A stretch of 64,000 nucleotides of DNA from Bacilli bacterium (GTDB lineage: Bacteria > Bacillota_I > Bacilli_A > ML615J-28 > CAG-698): the NCBI GenBank assembly GCA_050953065.1, contig JBMNLZ010000002.1, forward strand, positions 256,001-320,000, written 5' to 3'. Under the pieces are notes generated by a model. That model searched no databases. It was not told the origin of the DNA and saw only the letters and a program-made list of their open reading frames with translations. Made by a program: the position numbers and the translations under genes. Below, in pieces: positions 19,988 to 29,759 of this stretch (the first letter of the stretch is position 1; the number at the start of each line of letters is the position of its first letter).

Positions 19988-20951
19988 AACAATCTTAATT
20001 TGTTTGTTAGGAATCATAAATGTATTTGCTGTTGTTTTACCAGGAGATGATGTTAATACATTTAAAAGTGATATAAACAATTTATATCATGAATATATTT
20101 TCATAGAAGATGTAGAAACTGAAGAATATTCATATACTGTTGTTTTTGGTCAAATGGCTGATAAAATGACATTTGGGGTTTATCTAAGTAGTATGGGTTC
20201 AATTAATGAACATTTAGTTGTAAAATTAGATTCTAAAGTATTAAACGTTAATAAAAATATTGATCAAATAGTAAAGATAATTGCCTTTGAAGCAAAAGGA
20301 AATGAAATTTCTTTTATCTTAAGAAATAGTTCTACAAATACTGATATTTCAAGTAAAACATTTAGTATAGTTGGTTATGATGCTTTTAAAGCATTAGATA
20401 CATATGAAATAAAAACTGGATTAAATCAAGGGGAAATTACAGATATAACTGTAATTAATACAATCAGTAATTCTTTTAAGAATTTTTATTTAATTTTTTT
20501 AGGTGTAATTTTTTTTATGAGTTTGATTATGATCTTTGCTAAAACTAAAAATAGAGGTTTATTTAATAAAGAAGCACGTAGTGAGGATGTTGAAAAATAT
20601 ACTGATTTAATTAAACAAGCTCAAGAAGCACTAGATGCAATTAGAAAAGAAGAACTTCAAGGTGAAGTAATTGAGGATAATGAATTTGAAGAAAATAGAT
20701 TAGAAAAAGATAACAATGAACCAGTAAAAGAGGTTTATAAAAAAGAATTACGTTATGATGATTTAGATGAAATAAAAGAAAGTTTTGATATTGAAAAATA
20801 TCTTAAAGATAAAGGTCATAATATAGATTATGCTGATCTTTTAGAACATGAAAAAAATGAAATTATGATAGAGTTAATGCTTCTTAAGAATTTGGATAAA
20901 ATTACTGAAGAAGAATATAAAAAAGAGACTGTTAAATTATGGAAAAAATAG
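19980..20951 (+). CDS. Hypothetical membrane protein (signal peptide, central TM, acidic C-terminal region)
   Basis: Long ORF overlapping prmC and tsaC; hydrophobic N-terminus and one internal TM. Confidence 0.75.
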   Translation: MIKTILICLLGIINVFAVVLPGDDVNTFKSDINNLYHEYIFIEDVETEEYSYTVVFGQMADKMTFGVYLSSMGSINEHLVVKLDSKVLNVNKNIDQIVKIIAFEAKGNEISFILRNSSTNTDISSKTFSIVGYDAFKALDTYEIKTGLNQGEITDITVINTISNSFKNFYLIFLGVIFFMSLIMIFAKTKNRGLFNKEARSEDVEKYTDLIKQAQEALDAIRKEELQGEVIEDNEFEENRLEKDNNEPVKEVYKKELRYDDLDEIKESFDIEKYLKDKGHNIDYADLLEHEKNEIMIELMLLKNLDKITEEEYKKETVKLWKK

Positions 20952-21496
20952 TTTTAAAAGATTTCTTAAAATTAAAAAAAGAAAACTTGTTAGGAAAAAT
21001 TATTTGTTTTCCAACTGATACTGTTTATGGTGTTGCAGCTTCTTTAGAAGATAGTAAATCAAAAGAAAGACTTTATAAGATGAAAAATAGAAACCTAGAT
21101 AAACCTTTTGCAATTCTTTGTTATAATTTTGCTCAAATAAAATCTAAAGTTTTAAAGGTTTCAAAAAAAACAAAGAGCCTGATGAAAAAGTATTGGCCAG
21201 GTGCTCTAACAATTGTTTTAGAAACTAATACTACACCACTGGCTTTTAGAGTTCCAAATTCAAAAATAGCTTTAAAAATTTTAAAAAAATTTGGTCCTTT
21301 TTATACAACATCAGTTAATGAAAGTGGAGAAGAACCAATTAATGAGATTAGTTTAATTGAAGAAAAATATTGTAATGATATTGATTATTTAATTACTGAT
21401 AAAGCTACATTTTCTACTGTAGCATCAACTGTAGTAAAAGTTACAAACGATAAGATAGAACTTATTAGAGAAGGAGAGATAATTGTAAATGAATAA
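20939..21496 (+). CDS. tsaC: Threonylcarbamoyl-AMP synthase (Sua5/YrdC)
   Basis: FPTDTVYG, K.R..DKP, WPGALT, TSVN.SG. Confidence 0.93.
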   Translation: MEKIVLKDFLKLKKENLLGKIICFPTDTVYGVAASLEDSKSKERLYKMKNRNLDKPFAILCYNFAQIKSKVLKVSKKTKSLMKKYWPGALTIVLETNTTPLAFRVPNSKIALKILKKFGPFYTTSVNESGEEPINEISLIEEKYCNDIDYLITDKATFSTVASTVVKVTNDKIELIREGEIIVNE

Positions 21497-22424
21497 TGTA
21501 ACGAAAGAAAAAATTATTGATGTGAAAGGTTTGGATAAATCATATAAAGATGTCCATGCAGTTAAGGCGATTGATTTTGAGGTAAGAAAAAATGAATTGT
21601 TTGCATTTTTAGGACCAAATGGTGCAGGTAAATCTACTGTGATTGATATCCTAACAACTGTTTTAAAAAAAGATGCGGGTGAAGTTGTAATTAATGGCTT
21701 ATCTTTAGATAAGGATGATTTTGAAATCAAAAAAATTATAGGCGTTGTTTTTCAAGATAAAATGTTAGATAACCTATTAACAGTAAAAGAGAATTTATTA
21801 TCAAGAGCATATTTGTATACGGCCTCTTCTAAAGAAGCTAAAGCAAAAACAGAAGAAGCTATAAAAATGACTTTTATTGAAAGTATTCAAAATAGACGTT
21901 ATAATACTTTATCAGGTGGGCAAAAACGTAGAGTTGATATTGCAAGAGCTTTACTTAATAATCCAAAAATATTATTTTTAGATGAACCAACTACAGGACT
22001 TGATCCAACTAGCAGAAAGTATATTTGGAAGACTTTAGATAATTTAAGAGAAACACTAGGGATGACAATATTCTTAACAACACATTATATGGAAGAAGCT
22101 GATAATGCAGATTATGTAGTGATTATTTTAGAAGGAAAGATTGTTGCTAAAGGAACACCTCTTGAAATTAAAGATAAATACACTAACGATTATTTAATTA
22201 TGAAGCCTTTAGATGTTAATGCTTTTAAAGATGTATTAAAAAAGGATAAGGTTAAAGCTGAATTTATAGCAGATTTTGCTAGAGTTGATTTAAAGAGTAG
22301 TTTAGATGCAATTGAAATTGTTAATAAATTTAAAGATCAATTAGTTAGTTTTGAAGTTATTAGGGGTTCATTAGATGATGCGTTTATAAATATTACGGGT
22401 AAAGGAATTGACGAATATGTTTAA
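21489..22424 (+). CDS. ABC-2 type exporter ATP-binding protein
   Basis: GPNGAGKS, LSGGQ, LDEPT, TTHY. Confidence 0.93.
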   Translation: MNNVTKEKIIDVKGLDKSYKDVHAVKAIDFEVRKNELFAFLGPNGAGKSTVIDILTTVLKKDAGEVVINGLSLDKDDFEIKKIIGVVFQDKMLDNLLTVKENLLSRAYLYTASSKEAKAKTEEAIKMTFIESIQNRRYNTLSGGQKRRVDIARALLNNPKILFLDEPTTGLDPTSRKYIWKTLDNLRETLGMTIFLTTHYMEEADNADYVVIILEGKIVAKGTPLEIKDKYTNDYLIMKPLDVNAFKDVLKKDKVKAEFIADFARVDLKSSLDAIEIVNKFKDQLVSFEVIRGSLDDAFINITGKGIDEYV

Positions 22425-23265
22425 TATCGCAAAAAGAAATGTCTTGTTATTTTTTAGAGATAAAACAGCAGTATTTTTCTCACTATTAAGTAGTATTATA
22501 GTGATTGTATTATATGCTTTATTTATGGGAAAAATGTTACTTGGTGAATTTCCTGAATCAATGAAGTTTACAATTAATAGTTGGTTAATAGCAGGCCTTA
22601 TTGCTATCTCTGCTTTTACAGGACCATTAAGTGCTTATGATATAATGATTGCAGATAGAAATAATAATATTTATAAAAGTTTTATTGCAGCACCAGTTAA
22701 AAAATCTCAATTAACTGGAGGATATATTTTAAGTTCATTAATAATTGGAGTTTCAATTTCACTAGTAACTTTAGTGATTGGAGAATTATATATTGTAATG
22801 AATGGTGGAAGTGTCTTACCAGCTCTTACAATATTAAAAATAATTGTTTTTGTAATTATTGGAACTACTGCAAATTCAGCTTTGCTTTATGCTATAACTT
22901 CATTTATTAAAACACAAACTGCTTATAATGCTTTTTCAACAATTGCTGCAACTTTAATTGGATTTTTACTTGGAATTTATGTACCACTTGGAACACTTCC
23001 AAATTATGTTCAATCAGCTTTGAAGTTTTATCCTGGTACATATATGGTAGGTTTACTTAGAAATGAATTTATGAGAGTTCCAATTGCAGAAAATGAAAGC
23101 GTAATTGGAGTGGATGCAATTAGTGAGTTTAAAAGTTTCTTAGGAGTTAGCTATAAATGGGGTAGTTATGATGTAACTGTTTATATGTCACTTGGAGTTT
23201 TAATTTTTACAATTTTATTATTTTATGGTTTATCAATTATTAAATTAAATATAAAACGCAAATAG
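22417..23265 (+). CDS. ABC-2 type exporter permease
   Basis: About six hydrophobic segments; coupled to the ATPase. Confidence 0.88.
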   Translation: MFNIAKRNVLLFFRDKTAVFFSLLSSIIVIVLYALFMGKMLLGEFPESMKFTINSWLIAGLIAISAFTGPLSAYDIMIADRNNNIYKSFIAAPVKKSQLTGGYILSSLIIGVSISLVTLVIGELYIVMNGGSVLPALTILKIIVFVIIGTTANSALLYAITSFIKTQTAYNAFSTIAATLIGFLLGIYVPLGTLPNYVQSALKFYPGTYMVGLLRNEFMRVPIAENESVIGVDAISEFKSFLGVSYKWGSYDVTVYMSLGVLIFTILLFYGLSIIKLNIKRK

Positions 23266-23275
23266 GAGGGGAAAG

Positions 23276-23713
23276 ATGATTATTAGTATTGGTTGTGATC
23301 ATGGTGGCTTTGCAATGAAAGAAAGAATAGTTGAATTATTAAAGGGGATTAATATTCAAGTAATCGATCAAGGTTGCTATAGTGATGAAAGTGTTAGTTA
23401 TCCAATGTTTGCTCATAAAGTAACAAACGATATTCAAAATCAAAAAGCTGATTTTGGTGTTTTGATTTGTAAAACTGGTGTTGGTATGAGCATAGCTGCT
23501 AATAAACAAAAAGGAATTAGAGCAGCACTTGTTTCGGATAAAGAAGTAGCAATGCTAGCAAGAAAACACAATGATGCTAATGTAATTTGTTTTGGGGCTA
23601 ATTACATTACATTTGATAATGCTTTAGAATGTTTACTAACATTTATTAATGAATCATTTGAAGGTGGTCGTCATATTAGTAGAATTAAATTATTAGAATC
23701 AGATCAGGAATAA
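23276..23713 (+). CDS. rpiB: Ribose-5-phosphate isomerase B
   Basis: GCDHGG, CKTGVGMSIAANK, HNDAN, FEGGRH. Confidence 0.97.
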   Translation: MIISIGCDHGGFAMKERIVELLKGINIQVIDQGCYSDESVSYPMFAHKVTNDIQNQKADFGVLICKTGVGMSIAANKQKGIRAALVSDKEVAMLARKHNDANVICFGANYITFDNALECLLTFINESFEGGRHISRIKLLESDQE

Positions 23714-23716
23714 AAA

Positions 23717-24339
23717 ATGAAAGATGTTTATGTTTGTAATAATCCGATAGTTTTTGATAATTTAAGTATCTTAAGAGATAAAACAACTTCTGCTAGTGAT
23801 TTTAGAAGTGCTTTAGATATTATTAGTAAAGCGTTAGTGTATGAGGCTAGTAAAGAATTATCATTAAAAGAAAAAGAAATCCAAACCCAATTAGTAAACA
23901 TACTTCTTTTAGAATTAGTGATGATATTGTAATCATTCCAATTTTAAGAGCTGGTATGGGAATGCTTAATGCAGCACTTTCTTTTTATAAAAGTGCAAGT
24001 GTTGGTTATGTTGGAGTTAAAAGAAATGAAGAAACTCTACAGCCAATGCCGTATTATGAAAATTTACCGAAAATTACAGAAAAAAGTGTTGTCTTTGTTT
24101 TAGACCCAATGCTTGCTACTGGTGGGTCTGTTAATTATACGTTGGATGTTTTAAAAAAGTTTAAAGTAAAAAAGATTGTTGTTTTGAGTGTAGTTGGTGT
24201 CAAAGAAGGAATTACATTAATCAAAAAAAATCATCCTAATGTAGTTATTTATTTAGCTGCTTTGGATGAAAAACTAAATGAGGTTGGTTATATTATTCCA
24301 GGGCTAGGAGATTGTGGCGATAGATTAAATAAAACTTAA
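23717..24339 (+). pseudogene. upp: Uracil phosphoribosyltransferase split by a single-base frameshift near 23886 (real or sequencing error)
   Basis: LRDKTT...FR in ORF1; PILRAGMGM, LDPMLATGGS, PGLGDCGDR in the second frame; adding one C to CCC (23886-23888) restores IQTPISK... Confidence 0.9.
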
Positions 24340-24356
24340 AAAAAGGAGCTAAATAT

Positions 24357-24569
24357 ATGGAAACAAGTTTTATATTTTTTATATTCTTTTTACCATTAAT
24401 CCCATTATTTTTTAAAGCCTTAACGGCAATAGATTTTTCAAAAATGTTTAAAGCAGATTCAGTTTGGCAAATTAGATTATTAGTCTTAACAATAAGCATT
24501 ATAATTTCTTATTTGCTTGCTAGTGCAATAGAAGATTTTTTGCTTAGACTTTATAATATATTAACTTAA
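24357..24569 (+). CDS. Small membrane protein, DUF1146/YwzB-like
   Basis: Two TMs, AL..IDFSK.FK....QIRLL...I..SYL pattern; AAGGAG SD. Confidence 0.7.
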   Translation: METSFIFFIFFLPLIPLFFKALTAIDFSKMFKADSVWQIRLLVLTISIIISYLLASAIEDFLLRLYNILT

Positions 24570-24577
24570 AAAAATAA

Positions 24578-24611
24578 AAAAATCAGATTTCAAAAAAGAA
24601 ATCTGATTTTT
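24578..24611. terminator. Bidirectional terminator
   Basis: AAAAATCAGATTTC/GAAATCTGATTTTT between convergent genes. Confidence 0.85.
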
Positions 24612-24618
24612 AATTTTT

Positions 24619-25212
24619 TTAATAAATATCAATATACTTTAAAAAGAAGAGATTAATAAAAGTAATTAAAGGTGTACCAAAGAATAAAATTAAAGTATGA
24701 ATTGAATTCATGTTATTAGTTGAATATAAGATATAAAGTAAGTTAACATAAATTAGTAATAAAACAGCCATTAAAACTAATAAAATAAGATTAGTTTTAT
24801 GATAACATGCTAAGAAGCCTAAAGTATTAATTGTTAAGAAACCTACGATATAAAATAACGCTGTTATAATAATAAAGTTAAATCCAAAATTAAATTTAAA
24901 AACAAAGACTAAGAAAATAAGTAAATTGAACAAAGTATTTATTATAGCTAAAATTAAACCATTTAGCCAATAACTAGTTCTTGCTACTTTAAAAGAACTT
25001 AAACAAAAAACTTTTTGAGATTGAATATAAGCGATTACTAAAGTGAATATTCCACTAACACTAAAGAAACTATGCATTGTAAAATCTAGAATATAATCTT
25101 TAGGTGCAAATTTAAAAAGCAATAGAAAGACGATTCCTAAAATTAAAAAATAAATTGCATAAATTCTACGATAGAAAACCCAAATCAATTTTAAAGAGTT
25201 TAAAAGGCTCAT
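24619..25212 (-). CDS. Multi-pass membrane protein, probable ABC permease partner
   Basis: Highly hydrophobic; ATGA overlap with the upstream ABC-like gene. Confidence 0.75.
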   Translation of the reverse strand: MSLLNSLKLIWVFYRRIYAIYFLILGIVFLLLFKFAPKDYILDFTMHSFFSVSGIFTLVIAYIQSQKVFCLSSFKVARTSYWLNGLILAIINTLFNLLIFLVFVFKFNFGFNFIIITALFYIVGFLTINTLGFLACYHKTNLILLVLMAVLLLIYVNLLYILYSTNNMNSIHTLILFFGTPLITFINLFFLKYIDIY

Positions 25213-26096
25213 ACGATTTCCTCCTTTTTAGCTCTAATATTAAGAAGATAAATGAATATTTTTTGAATTGGAACTTCAGATATTTTAATTAAATATTTTT
25301 GGTATTTTCTAATATCATCTTTAGTTAGTTTTTGTCTTAAACAAACTGTTAGAGTATTATCATGTTCTTCATAACCAATAATCTTAATATTAGTAATTAA
25401 AGAACTTAATACTTCAGTTTTACCAATTAAATAACAGAAGTTTTCTTTTAAATCTTCAATTGAGAAAACATCTATTAAAACACCTTTATCAATTAAAAGA
25501 ATATTATCAATTAAGAAATGTATTTCATCAATAAATTCAGTTGTTATAATAATAGTTCTTGGATATTTAGTTTTATGAGCATATAGTTCTTCAAAAAATA
25601 AAAACCTTTCTAAAGGATCACTATAAGCAACTGGATTATCAAAGATTGTGATATTAGCTTTACAACAAAGTCCAATAATACCTAAAATTAAAGATTGTTT
25701 GTTTTTCTTTAATTTTCCAAAATAAGCATTATGAGGGATTTCAAACTTTTCAAGTAGTTTTACAGCATAGCCATTATCCCATTTTGTAAAGATGGTTGCC
25801 ATGATTGTAAAAACTTCATAGACTTTTAATAAGTGACAAAAAGAAAAGTTATTATTAATTAAACAAAGTTGTTCATTTAAATTAGGTTTTAAAAAGATAT
25901 CATCTCCATCTAGATAAACCCTACCTGAATTTGGGATAACTTTACCTGCTAAGATTTCTAATAAAATATCTTTATTAGAATCGCTTTTACCTAATATGGC
26001 GTAAGTTTTATCATTTAAAAAATTATAGGAGAAGTTTTTAATAACTTCTTCATTTTTTTTAGATTTACATAAATTCTCACAAACCAATACTGCCAT
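25209..26096 (-). CDS. ABC ATPase-fold protein with degenerate catalytic motifs
   Basis: ABC NBD layout; Walker A GKSDSNKD, Walker B ITIFDNP, no LSGGQ. Confidence 0.8.
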   Translation of the reverse strand: MAVLVCENLCKSKKNEEVIKNFSYNFLNDKTYAILGKSDSNKDILLEILAGKVIPNSGRVYLDGDDIFLKPNLNEQLCLINNNFSFCHLLKVYEVFTIMATIFTKWDNGYAVKLLEKFEIPHNAYFGKLKKNKQSLILGIIGLCCKANITIFDNPVAYSDPLERFLFFEELYAHKTKYPRTIIITTEFIDEIHFLIDNILLIDKGVLIDVFSIEDLKENFCYLIGKTEVLSSLITNIKIIGYEEHDNTLTVCLRQKLTKDDIRKYQKYLIKISEVPIQKIFIYLLNIRAKKEEIV

Positions 26097-26171
26097 AAGT
26101 TAGTTTGACTAATTTAGAGTAAAATTAGTTCTCCTTTCTTAATATAAATTTAAGGATAAAACACTACCTTA

Positions 26172-26200
26172 AATATACACTTTTTTCTTGATTTTGTCAA
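26172..26200 (-). promoter_or_regulatory. sigma-A promoter of the degenerate ABC operon
   Basis: Minus strand TTGACA-17 bp-TATATT. Confidence 0.7.
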
Positions 26201-26390
26201 TTGAATATACTAGAGAGAAAAACTAAAAACTTTAAAAATTTAAAACGTGAAAAACATTAAAATTTTGCTTATTTTGCTTAAAATATAAGAAGCGAATAAA
26301 TAAACGAAGTCAAAGTAAAAATGCAAGAGACACCAAATTTAAGGGGTTTTTGGTGCTTTAAAAGGTTTAGTTTTAAAAGAAGTAAAAATA

Positions 26391-26423
26391 AATAAAAGTC
26401 TTATCAAATAAGACTTTTATTTA
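26391..26423 (-). terminator. Terminator after yigZ
   Basis: AAATAAAAGTCTTAT/ATAAGACTTTTATTT inverted repeat right after the stop. Confidence 0.8.
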
Positions 26424-27011
26424 TTAGTATTTAATAGTAATTTCACCTTTTGTTAGGTTAGTTAAGTTTTCTTTTACACTTAAAAAATCATCTTCTGGAA
26501 TTAAATAAATTAATTCTACTGTATCGGTAAAAAAAGAATCTATTAATTCAAAGTCTTTAAGATAACTTTGAATTAAATTATATGCTTCATAACTACATTT
26601 AATAGTTAGTTTTTGTTTATGAATTATAGGAAGGATTATAGCCTCATCAAGTGCTTTAGCAGTAGAAGATGAATATGCTCTAACAAGACCACCGCTTCCT
26701 AGTTTTATTCCTCCAAAATATCTTGTAACAACACATAAGATGTTTGTTAGGTTTTGTTTTTTTAAAACATCATAAATTACTATTCCGGCAGTTTGAGAAG
26801 GTTCTCTATCATCACTATATTTAATGTGTTCTTGAGAGGTTCCTATAATATAGGCATAACAATTATGAGTGGCGTTATAATAAGTTTTTCTTGTTTGTTT
26901 TAAAATCTCATTTGCTTCTTCAACACTTCTAACAATAAATAAAGAAGTGATAAAACGACTTTTATTGATAATTTGTTCGGTTATGAGATTTGTTTTAATT
27001 GTATAAAGCAT
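26424..27011 (-). CDS. yigZ: YigZ/IMPACT family protein
   Basis: KSRFI, ATHNCYAY, SDD.EP..TAG, VTRYFGGIKLG.GGLVRAY. Confidence 0.95.
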   Translation of the reverse strand: MLYTIKTNLITEQIINKSRFITSLFIVRSVEEANEILKQTRKTYYNATHNCYAYIIGTSQEHIKYSDDREPSQTAGIVIYDVLKKQNLTNILCVVTRYFGGIKLGSGGLVRAYSSSTAKALDEAIILPIIHKQKLTIKCSYEAYNLIQSYLKDFELIDSFFTDTVELIYLIPEDDFLSVKENLTNLTKGEITIKY

Positions 27012-27146
27012 CTTTTTTTCTCCTTACATAATAATTATAATACAAAATCTCCAAAATGAAAGAAAAAATATGGAAATTTTTGAACATATGTTGTATAATG
27101 AGTTTAACTCTTTAAAAAAATATTAAAAAGGTGGGATTAAGAGGAG

Positions 27147-28820
27147 ATGGATTATCAAGATTTCTTATCAAGAGGTAAAGACATCATCAAGTTTTTAGTC
27201 AATAAAGGGCATGAGTCATATTTTGTTGGGGCTGTGGTAAGAGCCCATATTTTGGGTGAAGAAGAATTTGACGATGTTGAAATAATTACTAGCGCTCCTT
27301 TGAGTGTTGTTCGTGAAATCTTTGTTGGGGCGAAGATTGAAGATTTACCAAATGGTGGAGTTAATGTTTCATACCATGGACATGATTATATCATCAGAAC
27401 TTTTCCTGAAGTAAAAGAAGAACCAAGTGATAAAAAGAAAAATCTACATTATTCTTCAAGGCTTGTTAGTGCACTAGATTCAGAAGACTTTACCCTAAAT
27501 GCGATAGCGATGAGTTTTAATGGAAAATTAACTGATATTCATAAAAGTTATAATGATATTAAAAGAAGAAAAATTGTAGGAATAAGAGGCTATAAAGAAA
27601 AGTTTATTTCTCAACCTTGGCTTTTAATTAAAGCAATAAGACTTGTAAGCCAAACAGGTTATAAAATTGATGGTAAAACTTTAAGTACTATTAAAAAAAG
27701 AAGAAAATATTTAAAAGGAATTGTTTTTGAAGATTACGAAGAAGAATTAGTTAAATTATTAGAAGGGAAACATTTAAAGAGAGCATTAAAGTATTTAGTT
27801 GAAACAAAGGTCTATAAATATTTATTACCTTTAAGAAGAGGCTTAAAGAAAATAAGTTCTAAATTTAGGCCATTTGATATAGATACAATTTTAGCGATTT
27901 GTTTTGTTTTAAATAAAGAAATAGATGAAACTTTTGTAAGGTTAGCAGAAGATAAAGAAAAGTTAAAACAAATAGTTAATCTTGCGATTGCTAATCCAAA
28001 GGGAAATTATAGTAATCTAGATTTATTCTCAAATGGACTAGATGTTTGTTTAACTGCTAATAAGATTAATAATTATTTAAAGCAATCAGCATTAAAAACA
28101 AATAAAATTAAAAAACAATTTGAGAATTTACCAATTCAAAATGTTTGTAATTTAGCGTTTAAGGGTGAAGATATTGTTGCTATTACAAAAGATTCAGGGG
28201 GGACTTATTTAAATCCTTTAATTGATGAAATAGCTTTAGCGGTTTTAAACGAAGAGATACCAAATGATTTTGATAATATTAAAGTATATGCAATAAAAAA
28301 ACTTCAAGAAACTGGAATTATTCCCGAGAATTATCATGAAAGTCCATATGATATTAAAGTTAATCAAACAAATATTCAAAGAGAATCTTTCTTAGAAGAA
28401 ATTCCAAGTGAAATTGCAGTTGAAGATTTAAAATTAGATAATTTAATTCTAGCTAAAACTGCAGATGATATGATCAAGAATATGTATTTTCATGTTGATG
28501 TAATGAAAGGTTATGTTGATTTTAGATTAGAAAAACTAGAAGGTAATTTATCAGAAAATGAAATTCAACTACGTCGTCAAAATGAAGATGGCTATCAAAC
28601 AGCCAAAGAAGATTTAAGAGCTAAATTACATAGAGATACTGATTTATTAATTTCAAAAAATTTAAACTATTTACAACAAAATAATTTTTTAGATAGTATT
28701 TACGGAATGAGAGTAACACTAGCTAAACAAGTTCATATTCTATATGAACAATTCTTAAGAGAAATTGATGAACAGTATTTTAAAATATTCAGAGGTAATT
28801 TACCAACAAAGGAGAGTTAA
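27147..28820 (+). CDS. CCA-adding enzyme/poly(A) polymerase-like protein with degenerate motifs and a C-terminal extension
   Basis: G.ESYFVG..VR..ILG...DVEI.T, DFTLNAIA, C-terminal LAFKGED..; canonical DxD, RRD and EDxxR altered. Confidence 0.8.
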   Translation: MDYQDFLSRGKDIIKFLVNKGHESYFVGAVVRAHILGEEEFDDVEIITSAPLSVVREIFVGAKIEDLPNGGVNVSYHGHDYIIRTFPEVKEEPSDKKKNLHYSSRLVSALDSEDFTLNAIAMSFNGKLTDIHKSYNDIKRRKIVGIRGYKEKFISQPWLLIKAIRLVSQTGYKIDGKTLSTIKKRRKYLKGIVFEDYEEELVKLLEGKHLKRALKYLVETKVYKYLLPLRRGLKKISSKFRPFDIDTILAICFVLNKEIDETFVRLAEDKEKLKQIVNLAIANPKGNYSNLDLFSNGLDVCLTANKINNYLKQSALKTNKIKKQFENLPIQNVCNLAFKGEDIVAITKDSGGTYLNPLIDEIALAVLNEEIPNDFDNIKVYAIKKLQETGIIPENYHESPYDIKVNQTNIQRESFLEEIPSEIAVEDLKLDNLILAKTADDMIKNMYFHVDVMKGYVDFRLEKLEGNLSENEIQLRRQNEDGYQTAKEDLRAKLHRDTDLLISKNLNYLQQNNFLDSIYGMRVTLAKQVHILYEQFLREIDEQYFKIFRGNLPTKES

Positions 28821-29759
28821 GTGAAAAAAATTAAAGATTTTAATCCTGGTGATGAGGCGAGTCTTTATTTAAGATTTTCAGATATTCAGTTTAGAAAGAC
28901 TCAAGCTAATGCTGATTATGCAAGTATGCTAGGATTTGATGGGACTGATTTAATTGATGTAAAGATGTGGTCCTTAAAAGAAGAAGAAAAAGAAATTTTA
29001 AAAAATGGTGAGATTTATCTAGCAAGTGGTAGAATGAAAGACTATCAAGGTAAGATGCAATTTAACGTTGTAAATATTAGAGAAATAACAAGTGAAGATG
29101 ATATTGTTATGGAAGAATTTTTTGAATATGCGCCACTTAAAAAAACAGACTTAGAAAAGTTAATTATTGGATATATTCAAAAAATTGAAAATAAGAATTT
29201 ATTTGAAATAGTAAATTATATTTTTAAAAAATATCATAAGGATTTCTTTTTACATCCTGCAGCGATGACAATGCATCATAATTATTATTCAGGGCTTGCT
29301 TATCATACATATACAATGCTTAGATTAAGTGAGGCATATTTAGATATTTATGAGTTTTTAAATAAAGATTTAGTTTATGCTGGAATATTATTACATGATA
29401 TTGGAAAAGTAATAGAGTTGTCTGGACCTAAAGGAACAGAATATACTAAAGAAGGAAACTTACTAGGTCATATCTTTATTGGGTCAAGTGAAATTAGTAA
29501 GGCTGCGGAAGCTTTAGGTATTGAAGAAACAGATGAAGTAATTTCTTTAATTCATATTATTTTATCTCATCATGGGAAATTAGAGTTTGGTTCTCCAAAA
29601 GAACCAATGATAGCTGAAGCTGTTTTAATTCATTATTTAGATTTAACTGATTCAAGGTTAGCATCTTTAGAAAAAGATTTAGAAAAAACAGAAGCAGGTG
29701 GCTTTACAGAACCGCTTATTTCTTTTGATAGAAGAAACTTCTATAAACCAAAAATATAG
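28821..29759 (+). CDS. yhaM: 3'-5' exoribonuclease YhaM (OB + HD)
   Basis: N-terminal OB fold; PAA..MHH...GLAYH, LLHDIGK, HIILSHHG.LEFGSP. Confidence 0.95.
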   Translation: MKKIKDFNPGDEASLYLRFSDIQFRKTQANADYASMLGFDGTDLIDVKMWSLKEEEKEILKNGEIYLASGRMKDYQGKMQFNVVNIREITSEDDIVMEEFFEYAPLKKTDLEKLIIGYIQKIENKNLFEIVNYIFKKYHKDFFLHPAAMTMHHNYYSGLAYHTYTMLRLSEAYLDIYEFLNKDLVYAGILLHDIGKVIELSGPKGTEYTKEGNLLGHIFIGSSEISKAAEALGIEETDEVISLIHIILSHHGKLEFGSPKEPMIAEAVLIHYLDLTDSRLASLEKDLEKTEAGGFTEPLISFDRRNFYKPKI

